A stretch of DNA of 64,000 nucleotides from an uncultured bacterium. Lineage in GTDB: Bacteria > Patescibacteriota > Minisyncoccia > Phycocordibacterales > UBA9973. The notes under the pieces are model-generated. The model saw nothing but the letters and a program-made list of their open reading frames with translations, ran no database searches and was not told where the DNA came from. The stretch spans positions 291,310 to 355,309 of the forward strand of contig CAITGV010000001.1 in the NCBI GenBank assembly GCA_903892035.1, in the 5' to 3' direction. Positions within the stretch are counted from its first letter, which is position 1, and every line of letters begins with the position of its first letter. Below are positions 45,098-54,378 of this stretch, one piece after another. The translations under genes and the position numbers were made by a program.

Positions 45098-45602
45098 GAC
45101 AAAATTTGTCGCGTACGCTGCGACAAGTATTGATGGCAAAATATCAATCGATAATAAAAAAATGCCCGATTGGACAAGTAAAGAAGATTGGGATTTTTTT
45201 CAAAAATCATTGATGAAATTTGATGCTTTTATTGTAGGGCACAATACTTACCTAACTTCAGAGAAATATATAAGTAAACGCAATGCTTTTGTGTTAACCT
45301 CTAAAGTAAAAATGCCAATTGTGGACGGCAGTGTGACTTTTGTTAATCCAAAATATATAAATTTAAAAACTATATTTTCAAAATATAAAAAAGTAGCAAT
45401 AGTTGGTGGAGGGTATGCTTACGAGACTATGCGAAACTTGGATATGCTTGATGAATTATTTTTAACTATTGAACCAATTATTTTTGGGCGAGGTTTGGAA
45501 CTTTTTCATGATGGTAAAAAAAATACAAAAATGAAATTGTTGTCAGTGAAGAAATTAAATATAAAAGGTACAATACTATTGCACTACAAAAATGAAAGTT
45601 AA
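45069..45602 (+). CDS. RibD C-terminal / dihydrofolate reductase-like protein
   Basis: A.SIDGKI, WTS.ED, G..TY, GG and LDEL.LTIEP...G.G motifs. Confidence 0.85.
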   Translation: MKILKTNKHKTKFVAYAATSIDGKISIDNKKMPDWTSKEDWDFFQKSLMKFDAFIVGHNTYLTSEKYISKRNAFVLTSKVKMPIVDGSVTFVNPKYINLKTIFSKYKKVAIVGGGYAYETMRNLDMLDELFLTIEPIIFGRGLELFHDGKKNTKMKLLSVKKLNIKGTILLHYKNES

Positions 45603-46329
45603 AGCTATTAAAACTAAATTGTTTAAGAAGAATGATGATTTATTTTCATTTGTCATTTCTAATATAAAAAAAGTAAAAGAAAACTCGGTTATAGTTATCA
45701 CTTCAAAGATTGTTGCTTTGTCTGAGGGGCGGATTGTGATGCATGATGGTAAAGAGTCGCATGATATTTTTAAAGAAAAAATAATAAAGTCTGAAAGTGA
45801 ATATATGCTTAAAACTACCCATACGTGGCTCACAATAAAAGACGGCATGGTGATGGCAAATGCGGGTATTGATGAATCGAATTCTTTTGGGGGCATTGTG
45901 TTACTACCAAAAGATAGTTTTAAATCTGCAAAAATAATTCGTGAAAAATTAAAAAAATATTATGGTGTAAAAAATTTAGGCATTTTAATTACTGATAGTC
46001 GTCTTTTTCCGCTACGCGCAGGTATTGTGGGTGCAGCAATTGGTTATGCAGGATTTCACGGAGTGCGTGACTATCGTGGAACTCCTGATATCTTTGGCCG
46101 CAATTTAAAACTTTCTCGCACCGATGTTGCTGATAGTTTGGCAACTTCAGCTGTGCTTGAAATGGGAGAGGGTAGAGAACAGCAACCACTCGCAATAATT
46201 ACCGAAGCTTCAATTGTATTTAGTGATAAAATAAATAAAAAAGAACTCCTCATCGACATCCATGATGATCTCTATATGCCACTGTTCAAAAATGCTCACA
46301 AGTTGCCGAAAAAGCACAAGAGGGTATAA
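45592..46329 (+). CDS. CofE-like gamma-glutamyl ligase
   Basis: ITSKIVALSEG, NAGIDESN, ITDS..PLR.G, DYRG..D.FGR and GEG.EQ.P motifs. Confidence 0.88.
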   Translation: MKVKAIKTKLFKKNDDLFSFVISNIKKVKENSVIVITSKIVALSEGRIVMHDGKESHDIFKEKIIKSESEYMLKTTHTWLTIKDGMVMANAGIDESNSFGGIVLLPKDSFKSAKIIREKLKKYYGVKNLGILITDSRLFPLRAGIVGAAIGYAGFHGVRDYRGTPDIFGRNLKLSRTDVADSLATSAVLEMGEGREQQPLAIITEASIVFSDKINKKELLIDIHDDLYMPLFKNAHKLPKKHKRV

Positions 46330-46336
46330 TCAAGGT

Positions 46337-46843
46337 ATGAAAGAAGATGCTTCTAGTAAAATAGCTATGGATCGCCCGTCGTGGGATGAGTATTTTATTG
46401 AAATTATGGAAGCTGTGGCAATGCGCGCTACTTGTGATCGCGGACGTTCAGGAGCTGTGATAGTCAAAGATAAACATATACTTGCTACAGGCTATGTGGG
46501 TTCACCGGCAGGCACAAAACACTGTGATGAAGCAGGACACGAGATAGCCACAAACATTGGAGACGATGGACGAGAATCAAAGCATTGTATTCGAACAGCG
46601 CATGCAGAGCAAAATGCTATTGTCCATGCTGCTCGAGTGGGTATCGCACTTTTAGGTGGAACACTTTATTGTAATATGACACCATGTTACGCTTGTGCAA
46701 AAATGATTATTAATGCAGGAATTGTTCGAGTTGTGGCAAAACGAGATTATCATGCAGGGGATCGATCAAAAGAAATTTTTAAGGAAGCAGGAGTAAAGTT
46801 TGAATTATTAAATAAAGAACTTGAGCAATACGACAATCAATAG
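46337..46843 (+). CDS. dCMP deaminase (ComEB-like)
   Basis: RPSWDEYF, RATC.R, HAEQNA and PC..C motifs. Confidence 0.92.
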   Translation: MKEDASSKIAMDRPSWDEYFIEIMEAVAMRATCDRGRSGAVIVKDKHILATGYVGSPAGTKHCDEAGHEIATNIGDDGRESKHCIRTAHAEQNAIVHAARVGIALLGGTLYCNMTPCYACAKMIINAGIVRVVAKRDYHAGDRSKEIFKEAGVKFELLNKELEQYDNQ

Positions 46844-46847
46844 GTAG

Positions 46848-46882
46848 AATATCTAATATCTAATATCTAATATCTAATATCT
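46848..46882. repeat. Heptamer tandem repeat (AATATCT)x5
   Basis: Five perfect units in the intergenic region. Confidence 0.95.
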
Positions 46883-46893
46883 AAAACAAAAAT

Positions 46894-47223
46894 ATGATTG
46901 ATTTAAAAAAAATGCAGGAAGAGGTAATGCGAAATAAGATTGAAAAAGGTTTCAATACTACAGACGTCGCTTTGGAATTTTGTCGCGCTCACGAAGAGCT
47001 TTCTGAGGCATTTTCAAAATACAATAAAAATGAGGAGGGCGTCGCAGAAGAATTTGCTGATGTGGCAATTTTTCTTTTAGGTATGTGTGAAATACTTGGA
47101 TACGATCTTGAAAAAGAATTGATATTAAAGATTGAGAAAAACAAAAATCGTCAATACAAGAAAATTAAATCTCCAGATGGAAAAGATATTTTCATTCGAG
47201 CAAAAACAGATATAGATCCATAA
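46894..47223 (+). CDS. MazG-like nucleotide pyrophosphohydrolase
   Basis: EE.SE...EE.AD motif and K..KN..R. Confidence 0.85.
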   Translation: MIDLKKMQEEVMRNKIEKGFNTTDVALEFCRAHEELSEAFSKYNKNEEGVAEEFADVAIFLLGMCEILGYDLEKELILKIEKNKNRQYKKIKSPDGKDIFIRAKTDIDP

Positions 47224-47285
47224 GCTTGTGTTTCTCTACCAATAACATACAATTAGGTTACTATTACTAGTTTATTGTTATTATT

Positions 47286-48965
47286 ATGAAAAAAATTACA
47301 GCATTTTTTGTTTTTGTTTCCATTTTTTTAATGGGGGCAGTATTTGTTTCTAAAGCAGAAGCAAATACTCTTTCGCCTTATACTTTTACCCTAAATATGA
47401 AAAAGGGAATTCGCAATATTGAAGTAGCGAAATTGCAAGAGGTTTTAAATCAAGAAGGCGACACACAAGTTGCGACAAGTGGACTTGGCTCTCCTGCAAA
47501 TGAGAGTACATATTATGGTTCTTTGACAGTGAATGCCGTGTCACGTTTTCAGGAGAAATACGCTTCAGAAATTTTGACCCCAGCAGGACTTACAAAACCA
47601 ACAGGTAAGATTGGATACTATACAAGACTAAAATTAAATGCACTTCGAGCGCAATATGCACTTGGTAATGTTTTGCCACCTGGTCCCATCTTTGCAACTT
47701 CAACACCTACGGCCGTAGGTTCAAGTTACGCGACGTTGAATGCTACTATCGATTCAAAAGGTCAAGTATTTAGTGGTTTCTTTAAATACAGTACTGACAC
47801 TTCATTTTCTTCATCAACTACTCCTGTAGCATTTCTTTCAAACGCAACATCTTTTAGCGCATATGCTTCAATATTCTCTCCATCTACTACATACAATGTA
47901 AAAGCTTGTATTGTGAATAACCACGTTTCAGGGGCAAATTATACAGACAATGTTTTACCACCAATTTGTGATTCTGGTTATAAAACATTTACTACAACTG
48001 CTTACTATGGAGGGGGTGGTGGAGGAGGCGGAGGACCAATTATTACTCCTACGGTTACTACAAGTATTCCATCTTCCATAATGGCAACTGTCGTAATGTT
48101 TTCTATGTCTTATGTGACGAATGGTTTGAATGTTACACCATTTTTTGAGTATGGCACTTCAACAAATACAAATCAGAGTACGATTTTAGGAAATTCTTCA
48201 ACAACAAATGGTTCTTATAATTTAGCGGTTACAGGACTTTCTCCTAGTACATTGTATTATGTAAAATCTTGTGTAAATTATTCAAATACAACATTGTGTG
48301 ATTCAAATGTTCAGAGTTTTACAACTCTTGGTATTCCAACACTTTCGCTTACTACGACTTCTGCATCAAATGTATTTGCTACTACTGCAACCTTAAATGC
48401 TACATATGTTGCGACTATCAGTACTCCGACAATTCAATTCCAATATGGAACTACTACAAATTATGGAACAACAACCACTGCTACCTTATTTGAAAATGTG
48501 AATGCTGCACTAAATATTTCAGGGCTTCTTCCAAATACTTTGTATTATTACCGCGCAATTGGAACAAATGGAAACGCTTCTGCAACGGGAACACAGATGA
48601 CATTTACAACAGCTCCACAGGTTACACTTTCAGCATATTCAGTTACAAATGTACTACAAAATGGTGCCACAATATCAGTAAACTTTACCGGAGTACCAGT
48701 AGACCAAAGTGGCATGTCTTCTACATTATTTAAACTTCAGTATGGCACTACTCAAAACTACGGTTCTACGGCCACACAAGCTCCTCTAAGTGGAGACTAT
48801 CGATGGCTCGCGTCATCTGGAACATGGTCAAAAACTATTTCAGGTCTTTCTATGGGTACAACTTATCACTTTAGAGTTGTCACACTTCACCAGCCTGGAA
48901 ATACAAATGAAATAGATGGTCCAGATGGAACATTTACGACACTGCCACCGATGAATAATGGTTAG
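47286..48965 (+). CDS. Secreted protein with a peptidoglycan-binding-like domain and Ig/FN3-like repeats
   Basis: Signal peptide, V..LQ..LN...YYG.LT..AV.RFQ, repeated F.YGT and L.P.T.Y units, poly-Gly linker. Confidence 0.85.
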   Translation: MKKITAFFVFVSIFLMGAVFVSKAEANTLSPYTFTLNMKKGIRNIEVAKLQEVLNQEGDTQVATSGLGSPANESTYYGSLTVNAVSRFQEKYASEILTPAGLTKPTGKIGYYTRLKLNALRAQYALGNVLPPGPIFATSTPTAVGSSYATLNATIDSKGQVFSGFFKYSTDTSFSSSTTPVAFLSNATSFSAYASIFSPSTTYNVKACIVNNHVSGANYTDNVLPPICDSGYKTFTTTAYYGGGGGGGGGPIITPTVTTSIPSSIMATVVMFSMSYVTNGLNVTPFFEYGTSTNTNQSTILGNSSTTNGSYNLAVTGLSPSTLYYVKSCVNYSNTTLCDSNVQSFTTLGIPTLSLTTTSASNVFATTATLNATYVATISTPTIQFQYGTTTNYGTTTTATLFENVNAALNISGLLPNTLYYYRAIGTNGNASATGTQMTFTTAPQVTLSAYSVTNVLQNGATISVNFTGVPVDQSGMSSTLFKLQYGTTQNYGSTATQAPLSGDYRWLASSGTWSKTISGLSMGTTYHFRVVTLHQPGNTNEIDGPDGTFTTLPPMNNG

Positions 48966-48973
48966 AATTTAAA

Positions 48974-49011
48974 ACATAAAAAAACTCTCCATTAGGAGAG
49001 TTTTTTTATGT
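48974..49011. terminator. Bidirectional terminator overlapping the folA stop
   Basis: acataaaaaaactctcc-atta-ggagagtttttttatgt. Confidence 0.85.
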
Positions 49012-49501
49012 AGGTTACAAATGTGTAGGGCAGGGGATTTTTTTCATCTGGCTCGTGTGACTCTATTGAATCCTCTTTCCAAATATTTTCATTTATTTCT
49101 GGGAAAAAAGTATCTGCGTAAAAATTTCCATCAACTTTTGTAATATAAAGTTTGTCAGCTTTTTCTATCGCTTGTTTATAAATCTCTGCACCACCAATGA
49201 CAAAAAATTCTTCTTCTGGTTCACCCTGAGCGAGTGGAGCGAGTCGAAGGGCTTCATCAATTGAATGAACTACATCTACGCCATGGCGTAGATAGTTTTC
49301 GTCTCGAGTAATAACAATATTTCTTCGATTTGGCAGTGGGCCATTTGGTAAAGATTCAAAAGTCTTCCTTCCCATTATCACCGCATGTCCGCGAGTAGTA
49401 TCGCGAAAGTGTTTCATATCTGCCGGCATTTCCCACAGGAGTTTGTTGTCCTTGCCAAGCTCTCTATTTTTTCCAATTGCTGCGATTATAGATAAGATCA
49501 T
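48992..49501 (-). CDS. folA: Dihydrofolate reductase
   Basis: DMKHF, IMGRKTFES, PLPNRRNIV, IGGAEIY and DTFFP motifs. Confidence 0.96.
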   Translation of the reverse strand: MILSIIAAIGKNRELGKDNKLLWEMPADMKHFRDTTRGHAVIMGRKTFESLPNGPLPNRRNIVITRDENYLRHGVDVVHSIDEALRLAPLAQGEPEEEFFVIGGAEIYKQAIEKADKLYITKVDGNFYADTFFPEINENIWKEDSIESHEPDEKNPLPYTFVTYIKKLS

Positions 49502-49502
49502 A

Positions 49503-49910
49503 TTAGTTTTTACTGATATTGTTAACAGATTCCATTTCTTTCTTTGCTTCAGTAATTTCGTTTTCTAATTTAGTAATTTTATTTTTATTATCAGTAGCTA
49601 CTTTTTTTGTAGTATCTATTTCTTCTATAATTTTTGAAATAGTTATATTTATTTCTGTCATTTCCTGGTTTATGTCAATGTCTTTTTGGTTACTTTCTTC
49701 TCTGATACTTAAATTATTTTCTAAATCTAAAAGTTTAGCCAATTCTATACTCCGTTTATTTTCCAGAGTTGCTAAATTTTCTTCTAGATAAGAAACATAT
49801 TTTTCTATTTTTGCTATTTCAATTTCTTTTACTTTTATAACTTCTTCAAAACCAAGATGGAACTTATCTTCTGGTCGAGGAGCATTATTAGCTTCTAATG
49901 GACTTTTCAT
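49503..49910 (-). CDS. Hypothetical coiled-coil protein
   Basis: Glu/Lys/Asn-rich heptad pattern; in the thyA-folA operon. Confidence 0.65.
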   Translation of the reverse strand: MKSPLEANNAPRPEDKFHLGFEEVIKVKEIEIAKIEKYVSYLEENLATLENKRSIELAKLLDLENNLSIREESNQKDIDINQEMTEINITISKIIEEIDTTKKVATDNKNKITKLENEITEAKKEMESVNNISKN

Positions 49911-49914
49911 ATAT

Positions 49915-50685
49915 CTAAAGACTAAGCTTTTCGGGTGTTTTAGTCAATATTTCTATCCCATTCTTTTTGACGAGAACCATATCTTCCAGTCGGACACCGC
50001 CAAAACCTTTTTTGTAGATTCCGGGTTCGACGGTCATGACGGTGTTTGGGGGGACGAGGTCGGTGGAGCGGGGAGAGAATGAAGGCCATTCGTGGATGAC
50101 GGTGCCGACGCCGTGGCCTAGGGAGTGAGCAAAGGCTTTTTTGCCATATGCGCGTTCTATGATTTTACGGGCAATGGAGTCGATGACCCAAGTTCGGCGT
50201 TCGCCTTTTCGGAGCGCTTCTATTGAGGCATCTTTTGCTTTTTTCACTGTATTCCACATTTTTTCTTGTGCTTTACTTGCATTTCCCGCCTGCGCAGGCA
50301 GGCAAAATACAAAAGTCCTCGTCATATCCGAGCAGTAGCCTTTGTATCCAGCACCGATGTCTATCATAACCATATCGCCATCTTTAAGTTTTGTATTACC
50401 GACGTCATGGTGGATATGCGCTGTGTTTTTACCAAATGCGACAATAGGGGAGAATGCGAGTTCTGTCGCGCCGTTTTCTTTCATTACGGCGACGATGATG
50501 TTTGCAATCATTTGCTCGGTCATGCCGACTTTCATAGCTTTAGTCGCCACATCATATGCAATTTCTGTAATCCTCTGCGCGCGTTTTATGAGCGCCAATT
50601 CCTTTGCAGTCTTTGGAGCTTTCTTTTCTTGGAGGATTTGAAGTTTATATTGCGATTTGGAATGGGATTCTTTCATAGCTTTCAT
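49915..50685 (-). CDS. M24 family (Xaa-Pro-like) metallopeptidase, catalytic domain only
   Basis: D.GA...GY.SD.TRT, HSLGHGVG..IHE, EPGIY and GVRLED motifs; overlaps the end of thyA. Confidence 0.9.
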   Translation of the reverse strand: MKAMKESHSKSQYKLQILQEKKAPKTAKELALIKRAQRITEIAYDVATKAMKVGMTEQMIANIIVAVMKENGATELAFSPIVAFGKNTAHIHHDVGNTKLKDGDMVMIDIGAGYKGYCSDMTRTFVFCLPAQAGNASKAQEKMWNTVKKAKDASIEALRKGERRTWVIDSIARKIIERAYGKKAFAHSLGHGVGTVIHEWPSFSPRSTDLVPPNTVMTVEPGIYKKGFGGVRLEDMVLVKKNGIEILTKTPEKLSL

Positions 50686-51517
50686 AACCGTTTACTTTTG
50701 TATCTTCAGATTTCCATTCAAAAACAGATTTCCAATTTTCTGTCTCTATTGTTGGCAGTTTATACTTGCTTGGGTCGCGTGAAAGCTGTTCCTTTGCGCC
50801 TTCGATATGATTTTCAAAAATATGAACGTCAGCAAGAAAACCAACAAGTCTCCCTTCTTTAAGTCCGGCTTCTTTGGCGAGTAGATGTAAAAGCAACGCA
50901 TAGCTTGCGATGTTGAAGGGAAGTCCGAGCATTGTGTCTACAGAACGCTGATTCCACATAAGGTTCAGCTTGCCATTTATGACTGTCACTTGGTAGGAAT
51001 AGTGGCATGGGGGAAGTCCCATTTCTTCGAGTTGAGCTGGATTCCAAGCATTCACTATCATTCGTCGATCACGAGGATTTGTTTTTAGAATATTTACAAG
51101 TCTTTGGAGTTGGTCTACTCCTTGTCCGGAGTAGTCGGTGTCGTAGCTCACATACGGAGCATTGAAGTGTCGCCACTGGAAACCATAAATAGGTCCAAGG
51201 TCTCGTTCCTCGAGCATTCTTTTTTTAGACTCTTCATCGTGACCGTACGGCGCCTTTTTCGGGCTCGCCCACTCGTCCCATATATGATTATTCCTATCAA
51301 GTAGCCACTTTTTGTCTGTGATGCCGTTTATGAAAAATTCCAATTCGGTAGATATCAAACGGAAGGGCATTTTCTTTGTCGTGAGGAGAGGGAAGCCGTT
51401 TGCCATGTCGTGTTCGAAATATGCGCCTGCAATAGTATAGGCTTTCGGCCCTTGGCGAGTCTCGACAAGTTCGCCGTTTTCCATCACTTTTTTTACTATA
51501 TCTAGGTAGGCTTTCAT
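50645..51517 (-). CDS. thyA: Thymidylate synthase
   Basis: FPLLTTK, LGPIYGFQWR, LPPCH, QRSVD and GLPFNIASY motifs. Confidence 0.97.
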   Translation of the reverse strand: MKAYLDIVKKVMENGELVETRQGPKAYTIAGAYFEHDMANGFPLLTTKKMPFRLISTELEFFINGITDKKWLLDRNNHIWDEWASPKKAPYGHDEESKKRMLEERDLGPIYGFQWRHFNAPYVSYDTDYSGQGVDQLQRLVNILKTNPRDRRMIVNAWNPAQLEEMGLPPCHYSYQVTVINGKLNLMWNQRSVDTMLGLPFNIASYALLLHLLAKEAGLKEGRLVGFLADVHIFENHIEGAKEQLSRDPSKYKLPTIETENWKSVFEWKSEDTKVNGYESYERIPFQIAI

Positions 51518-51558
51518 GTCGTTTTATTATAGTATCTTTACCCGCTTTAGCCAAACAT

Positions 51559-51682
51559 TTGACAAAAAATTGCAGAAATGTTAGTATATGGGTACATCGT
51601 TCTCAACTATTATTTAACGAGGATGACGTTTGTGGAAGTTAGCTTGTTTTGTCACTGCTAAAGTCCATGACAAAAAAGCTAT
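51559..51682 (+). promoter_or_regulatory. Sigma70 promoter plus structured 5' leader of the DEAD-box gene
   Basis: TTGACA-17 nt-TAGTAT; hairpin 51640-51681 ends 1 nt before the ATG. Confidence 0.7.
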
Positions 51683-52987
51683 ATGCACACACGTACATCG
51701 GCCGGCCCGAAGAAATTCAGCCGTCCAAAATTTGCAGGTTCTGCAAAGCCCCGCTTCGGCGGAGCAAGACCACCCGCAGGTGGTGGAAGACCATCTCACT
51801 CAGGTGGAAAGCCATCATTTTCTGGTGGATTTAAAGGAAGAAGTGGAGGGGGCAATCGCGGAGGTCGCGGTCGTTTCAACTCTGAACGCATCGATTTTTC
51901 TCGTTTTATAAAAAAAGCAGAAAAAGTCGAAGCAAAGCCATATGTTTCTACACATAAGTTTCTTGATTTTCCTTTTGCTGATTTACTCAGTAAAAATATT
52001 ATCAGAAAAGGCTACATTACTCCAACACCAATTCAGGATCAATCTATTCCTGTAGTCATGGAAGGCAAAGATCTTTTTGGTCTTGCCAACACTGGTACTG
52101 GAAAAACAGCGGCATTTCTTTTGCCACTTATAAATCGTGTCGTAAATAAAAAAGACGAACACGTGATAATTCTCGCACCTACTCGCGAGCTTGCTCTTCA
52201 GATAGAACAAGAATATCGCGAATTTGCTGTCGGACTTGGAATTTTTTCTGTTGCTCTTGTGGGTGGAATGCCTATCAATAAACAAATAAACGAACTAAAA
52301 AGGGGAGTTTCATTTGTGATAGGAACTCCAGGACGTATTCGTGATTTGATTGAACGCAAAGTTCTTCATTTGAGTGAATGCCGTACTGCGGTACTCGACG
52401 AAGCAGACAGAATGCTAGACATGGGATTCCGCGACGATATGGTTTACATTTTAGGAAAGCTTGCAAAAGAAAGACAAACTCTTTTCTTTTCAGCAACACT
52501 TTCTCCTGAAATTAAAAAAATGACAGAAGAATTTTTGAAAAATCCTGTAATGATTTCTGTCGTCACAAATGAGACTTCAAAAAATATCGATCAAGACATC
52601 ATCCGCATCAAAGGACGCGATGAAAAAATCGAACAACTTCACCAAGTTCTTAAAAAAGACGGTTCTGATAAAGTTCTAATTTTTCGAGAAACAAAAAGAA
52701 GTGTTGATACTTTAGAAAAAGAACTTCTTGAAAGAGGTTTCAAAGTCGGAGGTATTCACGGCGACAAACGCAATCGTGAAAGAATTCGCACTCTTGATAA
52801 TTTCAAACAAGACCGTATCAATATCTTGATTGCGACAGACGTCGCAGCAAGGGGACTTGATATTCCAGATGTGACGCACGTCATAAACTACGACTTGCCA
52901 AGCACTTACGATACCTACGTCCATCGCATCGGCCGAACAGGTCGCGCCGACAAAAAAGGCACAGCACTGACGTTTGTACCGTTTTAA
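51683..52987 (+). CDS. DEAD-box RNA helicase with an RGG-rich N-terminal tail
   Basis: TGTGKT, PTRELA, DEAD, SAT and HRIGRTGR motifs. Confidence 0.97.
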   Translation: MHTRTSAGPKKFSRPKFAGSAKPRFGGARPPAGGGRPSHSGGKPSFSGGFKGRSGGGNRGGRGRFNSERIDFSRFIKKAEKVEAKPYVSTHKFLDFPFADLLSKNIIRKGYITPTPIQDQSIPVVMEGKDLFGLANTGTGKTAAFLLPLINRVVNKKDEHVIILAPTRELALQIEQEYREFAVGLGIFSVALVGGMPINKQINELKRGVSFVIGTPGRIRDLIERKVLHLSECRTAVLDEADRMLDMGFRDDMVYILGKLAKERQTLFFSATLSPEIKKMTEEFLKNPVMISVVTNETSKNIDQDIIRIKGRDEKIEQLHQVLKKDGSDKVLIFRETKRSVDTLEKELLERGFKVGGIHGDKRNRERIRTLDNFKQDRINILIATDVAARGLDIPDVTHVINYDLPSTYDTYVHRIGRTGRADKKGTALTFVPF

Positions 52988-53000
52988 ACATTAAAATATA

Positions 53001-53048
53001 ACAAACTAAAAACTGCTCCGACCTAGGTTGGAGTGGTTTTTAGTTTGT
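53001..53048 (+). terminator. Intrinsic terminator
   Basis: acaaactaaaaactgctccgacc-ta-ggttggagtggtttttagtttgt. Confidence 0.85.
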
Positions 53049-53098
53049 GTAATGGCGTGCTAAAATGGGGTCATTAATAGATTTATTTATATTTAGAA

Positions 53099-54376
53099 AT
53101 GAACACCATAAGCAAAGTGGAAGGAATACAGCATCGAGACCAAGAAGTTTTTGAAGCAATAGCAGGGGAGGCGAAAAGGCAATCAGAGGGCTTGGAATTA
53201 ATTCCCTCAGAAAACTATGTATCAGCCGAAGTTCTCGAGGCCAATGGTTCAATTCTTACAAATAAATATTCTGAAGGGTATCCGGGCCGTCGATACTATG
53301 GTGGACAAGAATATACCGATGTCGTAGAGCGCCTTGCAATCTCTCGCGCTTGTGAGCTTTTTGATTGTAAATTTGCAAATGTTCAACCTCACTCAGGTGC
53401 TCCGGCAAACCTCGCTGTATATGCTGCACTTCTCGAACCTGGCGATACCGTGCTCGGTATGGATCTTTCGCATGGCGGACATTTGACGCACGGTCACCCG
53501 ATGACATTGCCTGCAAAGATTTATAAATTTGTGACTTACAAAATGAAAGACCCAGAAACGGGGGAGATAGATTATGAAGGTCTTCGTGCGATGGCTCTCG
53601 AACATAAACCTAAAATTATTCTTGCAGGTTTTTCTGCTTATCCTCGAACTCTTGATTATAAAAAGTTTGTGGGAATTGCACACGAGGTCGGCGCAATCAC
53701 AATGGCCGACATGGCGCACATTGCCGGGCTCATCGCAGGTAAAGCGCTTGAAAATCCTTTTAAATATGGCTTCGATATTATTACAACGACTACACACAAG
53801 ACTCTTCGCGGTCCTCGTGGGGGAATGATTCTCACTCGTGAAAATGAAGAGATTGCGAAAAAAATTGATAAAGCAATTTTCCCCGGAATTCAAGGCGGTC
53901 CACATATGCACACTATCGCTGCGAAAGCTGTAGCTTTTGGTGAAGCAAAGACGCAAGCGTTTGCAGAATATGCAAAACAAATTTTGAAAAATGCGAAAGC
54001 AATGGAAGAAGTTTTCAAAAAAAATAATATACGAATGATCGGCGGCGGCACAGACAATCATTTGATCCTTGCCGACGTTTTCGGTTCACTTGGCGTCACA
54101 GGTAAAGAAGCGCAGACTGTTCTCGACGAGGTGGGCATTACTTTAAATATGAATTCAATTGCGGGCGACACTCGCAAACCCCTCGATCCTTCTGGCATTC
54201 GCTTTGGTACTCCTGCCATCACTACTCGCGGTTTCAAAGAAGCCGACTGCGCCCTCGTAGCGGAACTCCTCATCGAAACTCTCAAAAACAAAGACAATGT
54301 CGAAAAGAAAAAAGAAATCCACGACAAAATTATCGCTCTTGCGAATAAGTTTCCGATACCAAGTAGCTTTGTCTAG
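53099..54376 (+). CDS. glyA: Serine hydroxymethyltransferase
   Basis: LIPSENY, NKYSEGYPGRRYYGG, TTTHKTLRGPRGG and SGIRFGT motifs. Confidence 0.98.
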   Translation: MNTISKVEGIQHRDQEVFEAIAGEAKRQSEGLELIPSENYVSAEVLEANGSILTNKYSEGYPGRRYYGGQEYTDVVERLAISRACELFDCKFANVQPHSGAPANLAVYAALLEPGDTVLGMDLSHGGHLTHGHPMTLPAKIYKFVTYKMKDPETGEIDYEGLRAMALEHKPKIILAGFSAYPRTLDYKKFVGIAHEVGAITMADMAHIAGLIAGKALENPFKYGFDIITTTTHKTLRGPRGGMILTRENEEIAKKIDKAIFPGIQGGPHMHTIAAKAVAFGEAKTQAFAEYAKQILKNAKAMEEVFKKNNIRMIGGGTDNHLILADVFGSLGVTGKEAQTVLDEVGITLNMNSIAGDTRKPLDPSGIRFGTPAITTRGFKEADCALVAELLIETLKNKDNVEKKKEIHDKIIALANKFPIPSSFV

Positions 54377-54378
54377 TT

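Noticed and set aside
45592-46329. Coenzyme F420 biosynthesis
   Set aside because: No cofC/D/G/H or F420-dependent enzyme genes are in the window; the folate context is more parsimonious
46848-46882. CRISPR array
   Set aside because: The units are 7 bp with no spacers, and there are no cas genes
48010-48035. G-rich tract as a regulatory repeat
   Set aside because: It encodes a poly-Gly linker with mixed codons, which is ordinary for surface proteins
53393-54061. Long antisense ORFs over glyA, the peptidase/thyA region and the terminal lipase gene
   Set aside because: They are opposite-strand shadows of well-supported genes
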